64,000 nucleotides of DNA, from contig VJWM01000272.1 in assembly GCA_010909165.1 (NCBI GenBank), positions 62,001 to 126,000 of the forward strand. The letters run 5' to 3'. Below the pieces are notes generated by a model, which had not been told where the DNA came from, searched no databases, and saw nothing but the letters and a program-made list of their open reading frames with translations. A program made the translations under genes and the position numbers. The number at the start of each line of letters is the position of its first letter. The first letter of the stretch is position 1. This DNA is from Anthoceros angustus (lineage: Eukaryota; Plantae; Anthocerotophyta). Below, in pieces: positions 13,190 through 25,539 of this stretch.

Positions 13190-16100
13190 GAAGTGGAGTG
13201 GGACGCCGTTTGCTCTGCTTGCCTTTTCTTGCAAGTCCTCCTGAGAAGGTGGGACGTTGTTGTGGAGGTTGGGCTATGGCGGATCCATCTCTTCCTGCCG
13301 GCGCCGCTGGTGGACCTGCTCGAGATCCTCGAGTCCCGCTCGCCGCAGCTGCGTGCGTTGCTTGCAGAGCTGGAGTCCGACTCGCCAAAGCGGCAGGAAC
13401 TGCCATCTGTTGATTCGTGGGAAGCTACTTCAATTGCGACTGCCAGGACGGGGAATGTCACCACCGCGAGGAGTGGCACTGGGCGGTGCGCTTGCGTCTG
13501 CTCACCGCTATCGGCAGATGCCGTACGCTCAGGAAGATTCAACTGAATCCTCTGTGGAAGAGGGTCACAGCGTGAGGCGGGACGAGGCGTTGGCGCTCTT
13601 TTCAGGCTTGCAACACAACCTTGTGCTGGAGGAGCTGAATCTGTTTGGCTACAAGGGGTTTGGGACGGCAGCAGCGTGCCTCCAGGCACTGAGTGCCGTC
13701 ATCGACAGAACTCATCGCTCACTGGACTTCCTCGGTCTGCAATCTGTGGGATTGAGTGCAGAAGGACTGGGTGCCATCGCTGCAGCCCTTGGACGCAATG
13801 TCAGCTCTTCAGTGCTGTCCAGATTGTCTCTGTGTGGAACGACATCAGGAATGCTGTCGGGGCGCAACACTTGGCCGACATCCTTACCAAGTCGCCCAAG
13901 CTGCGCAATCTCTGGATGAGCACCATAGGCATGGACGAGGAAGGAGCCGTGGTGATTGCAGGCCCTGGCGCATACCACTACACTGGCTGGGCTTAGAATC
14001 GGAGATCCTGCGCCCCGGAATCCAAACCGGCCCGCGCCCATGTTCCTCGTTCCATTGCTCCAAGCTTTGGTGTGGCACACCCTGGCGGATCCTCCAGCTG
14101 CTGTTTCTGGCAATCACTCCATCACACGGCTTGTCCTTGAGTGTCCGGGAGGCCAGGAGGCTGTGGAGCCGGGGCTGGGAGAAGCCCTGGCTCGGGTGCT
14201 ACGCACCAACCGGGCGCTGAAAGACCTCAGACTATCCAGCTTCTTCATCACACGCGGATTGGGAGCTCTGCGGGAAAACAGCAGCATCACCAAACTCCTG
14301 GTGTTTCACTCGCGGCAGTCGGAGGATGATGACATGGATCCCATCCTGACCACCATCCTGGATGAGTGCAAGACTGTTGAGGAGGTTCAGATCCGGTTTG
14401 ACAAGCCCTTTGGTCCGTCCAGCTTCACCAAGGCGTTTTTCAAGGGTTGCTGCAGAAAACCGCAGCATCAACAGGCTGGTGTTGGATGGCTGGGATGGCT
14501 GGACGACGAGATGTTTGAAGACCTGATTCAATCCCTGTCTACCAACACCAACACCCACCTCAGGCTGGATCACATCTCCATCAAGGGCACCTCATGGGAA
14601 AAGCAAGGCAGGGGCGAACGTCTGGAGAAAGCGTTGGGAGCTGCGCGAGTGCAGCCGCAGCTGCGTGCGTTGCTCGCAGACTTGGAGTCCGAGTCGCCAG
14701 TGCTGCAAGAACTCCCATCTGTGGATTTGTGGGAAGCTATTTCGATTGCCTTTGCCAGGAGGCCTACAGGAGTGTCAACACCGGGGCAGTGGCAGTGGTA
14801 CGTACGCCTGCGCCTGCTCACAGCTATCGGCAAATGCCGGTCGCTGAGGAAGATTCATCTGAATCCTCCGGGGAGGAGGGGCACTTACAGCGTGAGGAGG
14901 TAGAGGCGCTGGCTCTGCTATCAGGCTTGCAACACAACCTTGTGCTGGAGGAGCTGAATCTGTATGGCTACAAGGGGTTTGGGAGGGCACCCTGCCTGCA
15001 GGCATTGACTGGCGTCATGGAGAGATGCTATTTCTCATTGGACTTGCTGGGTCTGCAACATCTGGGATTGAGTGCAGAAGGACTGGGTGTCATCGCTGCA
15101 GCCCTTGGACGCAACCGCAGCTCAGTGCTGTCCAGATTGTCTCTTTGTGGGAACGACATCGGGAATGCTGTCGGGGCGCAACACTTGGCCGACATCCTTA
15201 CCAACTCGCCCAAGCTCCGCAATCTATGGATGAGCAACATAGGCATGAACGAGGAAGGAGCCGTGGTGATTGCACAGGCCCTGGCGCATACCACTACACT
15301 GGCTGGGCTTAGAATCGGAGATCCTGCGCCCCGGAATCCAAACCAGCCCGCGCCCATGTTCCTCGTTCCATTGCTCCAAGCTTTGGTGTGGCACACCCTG
15401 GCGGATCCTCCAGCTGCTGTTTCTGGCAATCACTCCATCACACGGCTTGTCCTCGAGTGTCCGGGAGGCCAGGAGGCTGTGGAGCCGGGGCTGGGAGAAG
15501 CCCTGGCTCAGGTGCTTCGCACCAACCGGGCTCTGAAAGACCTCACACTATCCAGCTTCTTCGTCACACGCGGATTGGGAGCTCTGCGGAAAACAGCAGC
15601 ATCACCAAACTCCTGGTGTTCCACTCGCGGCAGTCGGAGGATGATGACATGGATCCCAACCTGACCGCCATCCTGGATGAGTGCAAGACTGTTGAGGAGG
15701 TGCAGATCCGGTTTGACAAGCCCTTTGGTCCGTCCAGCTTCACCAAGGCGTTTTTCAAGGGTTGCTGCAGAAAACCGCAGCATCAACAGGCTGGTGTTGG
15801 ATGGCTGGGATGGCTGGACGACGAGATGTTTGAAGACCTGATTCAATCCCTGTCTACCAACACCAACACCAACACCCACCTCAGGCTGGATCACATCTCC
15901 ATCAAGGGCACCTCATGGGAAAAGCAAGGCAGGGGCGAACGTCTGGAGAAAGCGTTGGGAGCTGCGCGAGTGCAGCCGCAGCTGCGTGCGTTGCTCGCAG
16001 ACTTGGAGTCCGAGTCGCCAGTGCTGCAAGAACTCCCATCTGTGGATTTGTGGGAAGCTATTTCGATTGCCTTTGCCAGGAGGCCTACAGGAGTGTCAAC

Positions 16101-19100
16101 ACCGGGGCAGTGGCAGTGGTACGTACGCCTGCGCCTGCTCACAGCTATCGGCAAATGCCGGTCGCTGAGGAAGATTCATCTGAATCCTCCGGGAGGAGGG
16201 CACTTACAGCGTGAGGGAGGTAGAGGCGCTGGCTCTGCTATCAGGCTTGCAACACAACCTTGTGCTGGAGGAGCTGAATCTGTATGGCTACAAGGGGTTT
16301 GGGAGGGCACCCTGCCTGCAGGCATTGACTGGCGTCATGGAGATGCTATTTCTCATTGGACTTGCTGGGTCTGCAACATCTGGGATTGAGTGCAGAAGGA
16401 CTGGGTGTCATCGCTGCAGCCCTTGGACGCAACCGCAGCTCAGTGCTGTCCAGATTGTCTCTTTGTGGGAACGACATCAGGAATGCTGTCGGGCGCAACA
16501 CTTGGCCGACATCCTTACCAACTCGCCCAAGCTCCGCAATCTATGGATGAGCAACATAGGCATGAACGAGGAAGGAGCCGTGGTGATTGCACAGGCCCTG
16601 GCGCATACCACTACACTGGCTGGGCTTAGAATCGGAGATCCTGCGGAATCCAAACCAGCCCGCGCCCATGTTCCTCGTTCCATTGCTCCAAGCTTTGGTG
16701 TGGCACACCCTGGCGGATCCTCCAGCTGCTGTTTCTGGCAATCACTCCATCACACGGCTTGTCCTCGAGTGTCCGGGAGGCCAGGAGGCTGTGGAGCCAG
16801 GGCTGGGAGAAGCCCTGGCTCAGGTGCTTCACCAACCGGGCTCTGAAAGACCTCACACTATCCAGCTTCTTCGTCACACGCGGATTGGGAGCTCTGCGGG
16901 AAAACAGCAGCATCACCAAACTCCTGGTGTTCCACTCGCGGCAGTCGGAGGATGATGACATGGATCCCAACCTGACCGCCATCCTGGATGAGTGCAAGAC
17001 TGTTGAGGAGGTGCAGATCCGGTTTGACAAGCCCTTTGGTCCGTCCAGCTTCACCAAGGCGTTTTTCAAGGGTTGCTGCAGAAAACCGCAGCATCAACAT
17101 GCTGGTGTTGGATGGCTGGGATGGCTGGACGACGAGATGTTTGAAGACCTGATTCAATCCCTGTCTACCAACACCAACACCCACCTCAGGCTGGATCACA
17201 TCTCCATCAAGGGCACCTCATGGGAAAAGCAAGGCAGGGGCGAACGTCTGGAGAAAGCGTTGGGAGCTGCGCGAGTGCAGCCGCAGCTGCGTGCGTTGCT
17301 CGCAGACTTGGAGTCCGAGTCGCCAGTGCTGCAAGAACTCCCATCTGTGGATTTGTGGGAAGCTATTTCGATTGCCTTTGCCAGGAGGCCTACAGGAGTG
17401 TCAACACCGGGGCAGTGGCAGTGGTACGTACGCCTGCGCCTGCTCACAGCTATCGGCAAATGCCGGTCGCTGAGGAAGATTCATCTGAATCCTCCGGGAG
17501 GATGGGCACTTACAGCGTGAGGGAGGTAGAGGCGCTGGCGCTGCTATCTGGCTTGCAACACAACCTTGTGCTGGAGGAGCTTAATTTGCTTGGCTACGTG
17601 GGCTTTGGGACGGGACCCTGCCTGCAGGCATTGACTGGCGTCATGGAGATGCTATTTCTCATTGGACTTGCTGGGTCTGCAATATCTGGGATTGAGTGCA
17701 GAAGGACTGGGTGTCATCGCTGCAGCCCTTGGACGCAACCGCAGCTCAGTGCTGTCCAGATTGTCTCTTTGTGGGAACGACATCGGGAATGCTGTCGGGC
17801 GCAACATTTGGCCGACATCCTGAGGAATTCGATCGCCCTCCGCAATCTCTGGATGAGCAATATTGGCATGGATGAGGAAGGAGCCGTGCTGATTGCAGAG
17901 GCCCTGGCGAATACCACCACCCTGATCCGTCTCAGAATCGGAGACCCTGCGCCCCGGAATCCGAAGCAGCCGGCGCCCATGTTCATTGGTCCAATTCTCG
18001 AAGCTTTGGTGTGGCACACGCCGGATTCGGAGAATCAGGAGGATTGTCATCCTCTGCTTCTAGAGCCACTTCCAATCGCTCCATCAGGCTGCTTGTTCTT
18101 GAGTGCCCAGGAGGCCAGCAGGCCGTGGAGCCGGGACTGGGAGAAGCCCTGGCTCGGTGCTGCGCACCAACCGTGCTCTCACTGACCTCAGACTTGCCAG
18201 CTTCTTCGTCACACGCGGATTGGAAGCGCTACCTGAAAACAGCAGCATCACCCAACTCCAAGTAAGTCACACGCGGAATTCGGAGGATGATGACATGGAT
18301 CCTATGCTGATCACGATTCTTCAGGAGTGCAAGAATGTCCAGCAGCTGCAGCTTCAGTTTTATAAGCCCTTTGGTCCATCCAACTTCTCCAAGGCGTTTT
18401 TCCAAGGGTTGCGGGATAATCGTAGCATCAAGACGCTTGTGTTGGATGACTGCGAAGGATTGGATGACTACATGTTCCAGAACTTGATGCGGTCTCTGGG
18501 ACGCAACTGCAACAACGTCCTGGAGAACATTTCCATCAAGAAAACAACCTGGGAAAGCGAAGGCAAAGGAATATACATCCAGAATGCTCTCTCAAGGAAC
18601 ATGCGCAGAAGAAGCGCTGCTCCGCAGGGTAGGTGCCCCAAGCCAGTAGCTAGCTACCCTTGTCCTGATTTGTATCTACAGTCAGAACCCACAAACTCAG
18701 ATGTATACTGACCCCTTCTCACTTGTGCAGGTTCGGAAGAAGTGCCACCACCGGTCACTGCAACTGTGGCAACCTCTGGTGCCGCAGCAGGTAATGAAAC
18801 TACATGAATCCATGGATTTGATCCAACCACTGCCAAGCTGTTGTTGTTGTTGCAATTTGTACCGAATGCACCACTTGATGCTGCTGCTGGCAGGCAGTCT
18901 GATGATTGACTGATTGGCTGTTTTGTTTTCACCACAATTTCCAGTTGCTGTTCCTGAGGAGCTCAGTGCCCTGCTTGCCGAGCTCGACTCACCTTCGCCT
19001 ACACTCAGTAGTCTTCCTCGTGTGAAGCGTTTGGGCACTTGTTCAAGAGGGACGTGGAACATCCACAGGTGGAACTTGAACTGCGCATGCGCCTCATGAA

Positions 19101-22100
19101 GGCTATCGGAAAATGCCCCACACTCAGATTCATAGATCTCGACCTCTTGGGCGTCGAAATTACAGGGTGACGGTGGCAGAGGCGATGGCGCTGCTAGAAG
19201 GCCTGAGCTCGAATGCAATAGTGGAACGGCTGGACTTGAGTGGCTTCCTTGGTTTTGGAACAGGTGAAGTCTGCGCTGCAATCGCCGCTATCTTGCAATC
19301 CAGCCGCACCTTGCAATTTCTGAATATGGGATACACTGGCATGACTGTCGAAGGACTGGCTTGCATTGCCCTGCTGCGACATAATCGCAGCACTGTGCTT
19401 CGCACCTTGTATCTTTCTGGAAACACGACTGTGGGAGAAGGTGTTGGAGCTCAACACCTGGCTGATATCCTGACCAGCACTCCCGCTCTTCGCAACCTGG
19501 GGATGTGGGATACAGGGATGGATGAGGCGGGAGCATTGATGATAGGGGATGCTCTGGCTCAGAACACCACACTTGACTGGCTGAACATAGGATTCAATCA
19601 AGCGTGGAGGCCAAAGCAGGCAGGGATGATGGCCACGCTGTTAGCTCGAGCATTCACCCTGGCATGCTGGACGCAGACCAGGAGGCTGAAGGTGTTGCTC
19701 CCAAGCTTCCTTCTGTTAACGAGTCTGTCACACATCTCCAGCTGGAAGTATGGGGAGCAGGACAGCAGCCTGTCATCGCTGAGTTGGGAGAAGCTGTGGC
19801 CCGCATGCTGCGGTCGAACATGACTTTAAGGCATCTCGATGTATGTAGCTGCTTTATAAGCCAGGGATTGGAGGGCTGTGTGACAACAGCAGCGTTATCC
19901 GTGTGACAGTCCGACATGGTAGCTCTAGTGCTAAGGAGGACTACTGCAAGCTGATGCCAATACTGCAGAGTTGCCAGACAGTGGAAAAGTTTACAATTAG
20001 CTCAGAACAGTTTGGGACCTTTGGGATCATCCGACCTCCGAAGACGTTTTTCAAATCGTTGCAGGACAATCGTTACCTCAACAGGTTGGTGTTGGATGGC
20101 TGGAAAGGGTTGGACGACAATATGTTCCAAGACCTGTTGCGGGCTCTGCAAGTGAACACCAATTTGAAGAGTATATCGTTCGAGAACACTGTGTGGAAAA
20201 GTCAGGAAAAGGAGCTGCAGTGGATGAACTACTACGCCAAAACAGGGAATACCGGAAAGCTCTGGCAGGGCTCCAACAATGCCAGTGAAATCATGTCGCC
20301 TCGTACTTTGTGGATTTCCATATGCAGGTGAGCCACGTGCTGAACCCAAAGTTTGTACATCCCAAATGGCGTAGTTCGTGGCAGACTTCACTGCAGTTGT
20401 TTCTGTCTTCTACATCTGTTTTCTTGTCTTAACGTTGTTTTCGTCTCCGGAGTGTAATCGGTGGTAAATGTTGCTGTTTCAGGAAAACCACGATACGGAA
20501 TACGTTGATGAGTATGCAAACACACGAAAACGATGTTGAGATGGAGGGTGAAACGATTTCGAAGCACATACCTCGAACCCTTGGGTTTGAGGTTGAGGTG
20601 ATAAAAGATGGTCCAGCCTTGAGAATTACCGTTTGGGATCTTGCAGGGCACCAGGAGTTTCATGCTCTTCACGATTTCGTCTTTCCTGCTGTGAATAACT
20701 CTTCTCTCTTCTTGTTTGTGTATAACCCGTTCAAATTTGGTGGTAATTATTCAAGTGCGGAAATGAAGGATAGAAAGGATTTTCGAGATGAATTTATTTA
20801 TTGGCTTAAATTTATTGCTTCCAACTCACGGTTAGCTCAACAGGTGAAACCTTATGTTCATGTGGTGGTAACATTTGGTGACAAGCTTGAAGGTAGGATG
20901 TCTTGAAGGTTGCAATACGGGAGGAAGTGTTGGTGATGAAGAAAAAGTTCATGGCTGTTGTGGAAACATCCAATGAACCCACTTTCATCAATGGACAGAG
21001 TTGGAAAGATGTGTATGCACTACGCAGCCTTATAGAGGAAAAGCTACGCCAGCTTGTCAGCAAATTGGCCCCAATTCCCAATATTTGTGAGCAGACCCGT
21101 ATACATGTGCAAAGATGGGCTGAGGATCAACAAGGTATGCCAATCATTTCTGTTGAGAAGTTTAGTGAGTTGTTTCATAGCACATGTAAGGCGGCAATAG
21201 GGCATCCACTCATCTCAGAGGATTACAGAAGATTTCTTCGAGACTTCATGGACAAAGAGGATAGCTGGAAAGTAGTAGCATCATATCTCAAGGATTCAGG
21301 GGAGATAATATATTTCCAAATGTCACGGCTTATGGTCATCAACCTCCGATGGTTAGGAATGGGCGTTTTTGGTCAGCTGATTAGTATATTTGGTGAACCG
21401 GACAATAAGCAACATTGGCTTCAAGTTCAAAATGGGTTCATCAGCAAATATAGGTTGAGTAGCCTTCTAAAAATGTCTTTGAACAAGGTAGGGCTTGATG
21501 AAACTATTGTGAGCGAAGAACAATTTATCCAATTGATGCTTGAGTTACACCTTTGCCATGAAAGTAGAGATGAGGAAGGAGAAGTGCGTTATTTTGTTCC
21601 AATATGTATGTATAAAGAAGACGATGGATCAGGAGTTGACCAACAGTTAGTATGGCCTTCACACGGTGGTAATCTTCATGATTATATCTTTATGGGTTTG
21701 CGTCTACAATGCGATGATCAAGATTGTACATTCCTCACACCAGGATTTTTCCCTAGGTTACAGGTTTGTAACTTTTCTCAAGCTCACTATCTTTTGTTTT
21801 ATGTCCTTGGAAACTTCTTCTTTTGTTTTATTATTATTATTTACTGTTAACTAGTCTCATTGTTCCTATATATTGTAGGTACTTTTATACACATATTGTT
21901 TGACAAAAGGCTGGGTTGATGAGGAAAGACCAATTGATTCAGGAATAAAATTGGAGCGTAATGTTCTTTCAATATCTGCAGAGGCATTGGATATCTTTGT
22001 GGAATTTAATGCCGAAATCGGTTGCTACATAGATATACTGGCCCGATCTACTCAAGGCTATTTAGAGTCCATGTCATTTTTGAAGCAACATATTGTATCT

Positions 22101-22700
22101 CAGATTCGGGCATTTTGTGCTTCGTATGAGGGTTGTGCAGGGGTTACATTGGTTGAAGGTGTTCTTCGACATGAATGTGTGGCATCCCTCACTCTATGCA
22201 GACATAGGAGACACGAGTGTATCCCGAGATAAGCTAGTCAAAGCGGTGGCTGCTGCAAAGAATCGATGCTATGCTCACTACACGCACCGGAGAGTCTGAC
22301 GGCAGCACCCAGCTCTACACTCATTTTAAAGGCCAACATAGAGTATGCAACCGTGGTGAATGGTCATGTCATTTTGGGACAAAAAGAGGACCTTGCCAGA
22401 GCCGAAGCAGAGTTCCAAGGTTCGAAGCTCTCAATCCTGTGAATCGTCTGTTTTTCGCTAGGTGTCCATACTCTGCACATGTAGTTTTTCTGTAGCATTA
22501 CACAAGTAGGCCGTTTCTTGCAAACTCTGAGGCTGTACCTGTTGCAGGATCAAAATCTAGCAGCAGAGAAGTTGCTGAGACTTCTATGCAGCTATCCCCG
22601 CAAGTAGTGCAAGGTGTGCAGAAAGAAGAACCTGTTGTTGGGAATAGTTATCCTAACCATGGTGTGGAAGCAGGCAAACGAAGAGGTTTGGCAATAAATT
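13190..22700 (+). CDS. TORNADO1-like Roco protein: RNI-like LRR array - Roc GTPase - COR - start of a caspase domain (multi-exon, frameshifted as assembled; 5' start uncertain)
   Basis: LRR motifs LSRLSLCGNDIG and LRNLWMSNIGMNEEGAVVIAQAL. P-loop CRLVLCGFPYAG|KTT is split by an intron at 20328-20482, and one A must be restored in a homopolymer. G3 reads ITVWDLAGHQEFHALHDFVFP. COR reads LQCDDQDCTFLTPGFFPRLQ|V across an in-frame intron at 21764-21878. These match my recollection of plant TRN1 motifs. Confidence 0.88.
13343..18600 (+). repeat. Four tandem ~1.31-kb LRR-module repeats, followed by a diverged fifth module at ~18960-20280
   Basis: ccgcagctgcgtgcgttgct occurs at 13343, 14655, 15976 and 17281. 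Each unit encodes ALLADLESESP...HNLVLEELNL...LDDEMFEDLIQSL. Confidence 0.9.
22462..22547 (+). other. Predicted 86-bp GT-AG intron joining the COR exon to the caspase exon
   Basis: Donor g|GTGTCC and acceptor TTGCAG|ga. The downstream exon reads openly as GSKSSSREVAETSMQLSPQVVQGVQKEEPVVGNSYPNHGVEAGKRRGLAI. The acceptor is conserved as TAG|ga in the upstream copies. Confidence 0.6.
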
Positions 22701-22970
22701 TATCGAAAATAAATACAAAATAAGCTCAAAAAATGCCAAAATTTTAAGACAAGTGCGCACACTTGTGCGCGCATTTGTCTCAAAAACTTCGATTTTTTTT
22801 TTTGGGACTTTTCGTATTTTTTAGATTTTTTACTTTTTTTTTCCTTGAATGAACCGTCTGGGAATGCACTAGGAGACACGAACCCTATGGGTTCATGCCC
22901 CTAAAGCTTCTTGACCCTACGTGCGTGCACCTAGGCCCCCTTGCCCCCTGGTGTGCACACAAGTACGCGC

Positions 22971-23629
22971 ATCTTCACTTAGGGGTTTTTTCTCTTTTCC
23001 AGATTCTATTATTGCAGGAATTTGCTCGAAAGAAATGTGGAAAATAAGAACCAACCACATTCAACTTTTCAACTTACCGGATATTTGATTATGCTTCATC
23101 AATAGTCTCTAGGGCAGACTCAAAATAGCGTTAATTTTCATTATGCCCTATGTGTAACTCACAACCGTGGCCGGAAATTGGCCCTTAGTGGACTTAAATA
23201 AAATTCTTCTTCTTCTTCTTCTTCTTACATCAAAACTCCGCAGTTAAGCGCCCTTGGGCCGGATTGGTGACCTCCCGGGAAGTCCCGATGCTGCATGCAC
23301 CCTTCGTCTCATCTTTTCTTCCACTCCTTTTTTTTTTTTTCCCCTTCTTCTTCTTCTTTCCATTTTGAGCTCTAGAGTTCTTTGCTTTCCTTTCCCCGAA
23401 TTTTATTGAAGTCCACTAAGAACGGATTTCCTTCATGTGACTCATTTGTGAGTTACAGGCATAATGAGAATTAATCGCTATTCGAGTCGCCTTCAAACTA
23501 GTGTTGTGAAGCATAATCAAATATCTGGCGTTGAAAAATTGAATATGTTGCGTTCTTATTTCCCACAATTTGTTTCAAGCAAACTCCGCAATAATAGGGT
23601 CAAGAATGAGAGAAAACCGGAGTGAAGAT
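22971..23629. repeat. Imperfect inverted repeat (arms ~22971-23206 and ~23398-23629), MITE/foldback-like
   Basis: cttagtggacttaaataaaattc pairs with gaattttattgaagtccactaag. gatatttgattatgcttca pairs with tgaagcataatcaaatatc. atcttcact pairs with agtgaagat. Confidence 0.8.
23228..23302 (+). pseudogene. 5S rRNA-derived fragment (3' two-thirds, with an internal deletion)
   Basis: catcaaaactccgcagttaagcgcccttgggccggattggtgacctcccgggaagtcccgatgctgca matches plant 5S around box A and box C. The 5' part and the AGTACT segment are missing. A T-run follows. Confidence 0.75.
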
Positions 23630-25539
23630 TGAGTTGTCGTAAGTAGATTGATAAAAGTATGCTTGACATCATCATAAATGGGATAGAGGAACACAAAGTG
23701 GTCTTCGCCTCAACACCCTGCATAACTTGCAAATTCTGGACTCCTTGGTGGCTTTGGACGTGCCGTCTATCGGTCTCAATTCAATTCACGATGAGACCCG
23801 TCTGAATATGACCCGTAATCATCCTAAGCTTGAAAGACACATGGGTGCGAAGATAGAGAGAAAGCAAAGGTTTCCCAGTTGGGAACGATCACGAAAAATT
23901 GTTTGTAGGTCTTGAGCTTAGTGGGTAAGGGAGAGAGGAGACCAAGTATAGGACAAATAGGTAGTCAACAACAAATAGGTAGTCAAATATGTAGGCATAG
24001 CTCATCAACAAAACCAAACCAACTCCTTTCTCCTTCTTACATAACGCATTACATGTGCACCTATGCTCATTCCTAAAGCCAACTCATTCAATCTCGTCAT
24101 CTAATGAGTGCTCCTCACCTTCGCATTTGTCCAAAGCCCTTTTGTTTTGCACTATGTGGCCCAAGCGCCATGCATGATACATCCACTTGTCCTTGAAGGC
24201 CCTCGCACGGTGACCCAACGCCACGATCTCCATACTCCGCACTCCAACTTCATTCCACCTCATCAATATGTAGGCCAAACAAGTTTGGAGAAGATGATCC
24301 CCATGGCGGACTACCATATTACAAGGTAAATCCAAGAGGCATGAGGTAGTGCGGTCAAAAGCAACATGAGGTAGTAGTAGTAGTGTGCAGCGCGGATCTA
24401 CAAGCAAAATCCTAATATTCCAGTGAACAAATCGTACTTGAAAGTAATTGTCATGCATGAAAGAAAAGGGCCAGCAGTCACCTGGGGACCGTCCACGGCC
24501 ACTCCGGCGAAGGCGAAGGCTAAAGTTAAGGCTTTGTATCAATGCTTGTGAATTACGGATCCCCATCCCGGTATGATTGGAGACAAGGACGCTCAACCCC
24601 GACGTTCTTTTGCGGCCATGGATAGGTGCACGATTGCGGTATGCTGGTGAGGGGATGAAGTTTGCTTGGTCTTTAAGACTTTATGTACGTCGACGTCCAC
24701 ACCACATAGACAAAGGCTCAATCGTATGAAGAAGAGGAGAAGAATTTTATTCAACTCTGTTTCTTACGTCTGTATGTTTCTTACGCCTTTGTGCACAATC
24801 GCGTTTCATCCACTACCACGAATTGCGTCGTCAGATTTATTATTCACGATCAAGGGAGTCCCAAGTTGGTGATCTCCAATATTTATCTATGGGGTATAGC
24901 CGACGCGACGGCAGCTGAGTGAGAGCCTGCTTGTCTCAGAAGAACTCAGAAGTGAGTGAAGGCTTCAGAGCCTGGGGTGCCCCAATGTCAAGTGGAAGAT
25001 GACAACGTGCTAATATCTATGCACTCAACAAAGTAGTCAGGGACCTGATTCTCGTAGGAAGAAGCTCGCTACACCTCAAGTTCCCCGAAAGGGAATCACT
25101 CCTGCAAACAGAAACGTTCACAGTTACCAGTTGCTGGACGTAAAGGACAGCATTGGCATGCAAACAAGGGACGTGGTAAGATGTGGCATTCCACAGAAAC
25201 GAACAGAGTCAAAACCAAAAACACGCGAGGCGGCAATGACTCAGATTATGGGTGGTGATCTATTAGAATTGTGGGCACGGGTTCAAGGACAATCATGAAC
25301 TGGAGAGAGAGGAAAGAGAACGGGAATGGGAAGGATGCCCCGGGTGACCGACGAGGTGAACTAGCGAATTGAGGTCGTGTGTGAACTTTGCATCGGTTCG
25401 TATGGCTTCTGCTTGGCGTGGCCTTGGAGAGGCATTCCATGAGGTTGACGTATCCTTGGCAAGGCATTCCACGTTTGCTCCTGCATATATGCTGGGATGT
25501 ACGCACGGTTTTACGTTCATAGGTCAGTAGGATCCTGCG

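Noticed and set aside
13190-22700. NBS-LRR (NB-ARC/NACHT) resistance gene, or the true TRN1 ortholog
   Set aside because: The NTPase has Roc G-motifs and lies after the LRRs. The multiplied LRR block and caspase tail differ from canonical TRN1, so no gene symbol was assigned.
23228-23302. Functional 5S rRNA gene
   Set aside because: The 5' third is missing, there is an internal deletion, and it is not in an array.
24084-24596. 170-aa minus-strand ORF
   Set aside because: No recognisable motif and no supporting gene structure.
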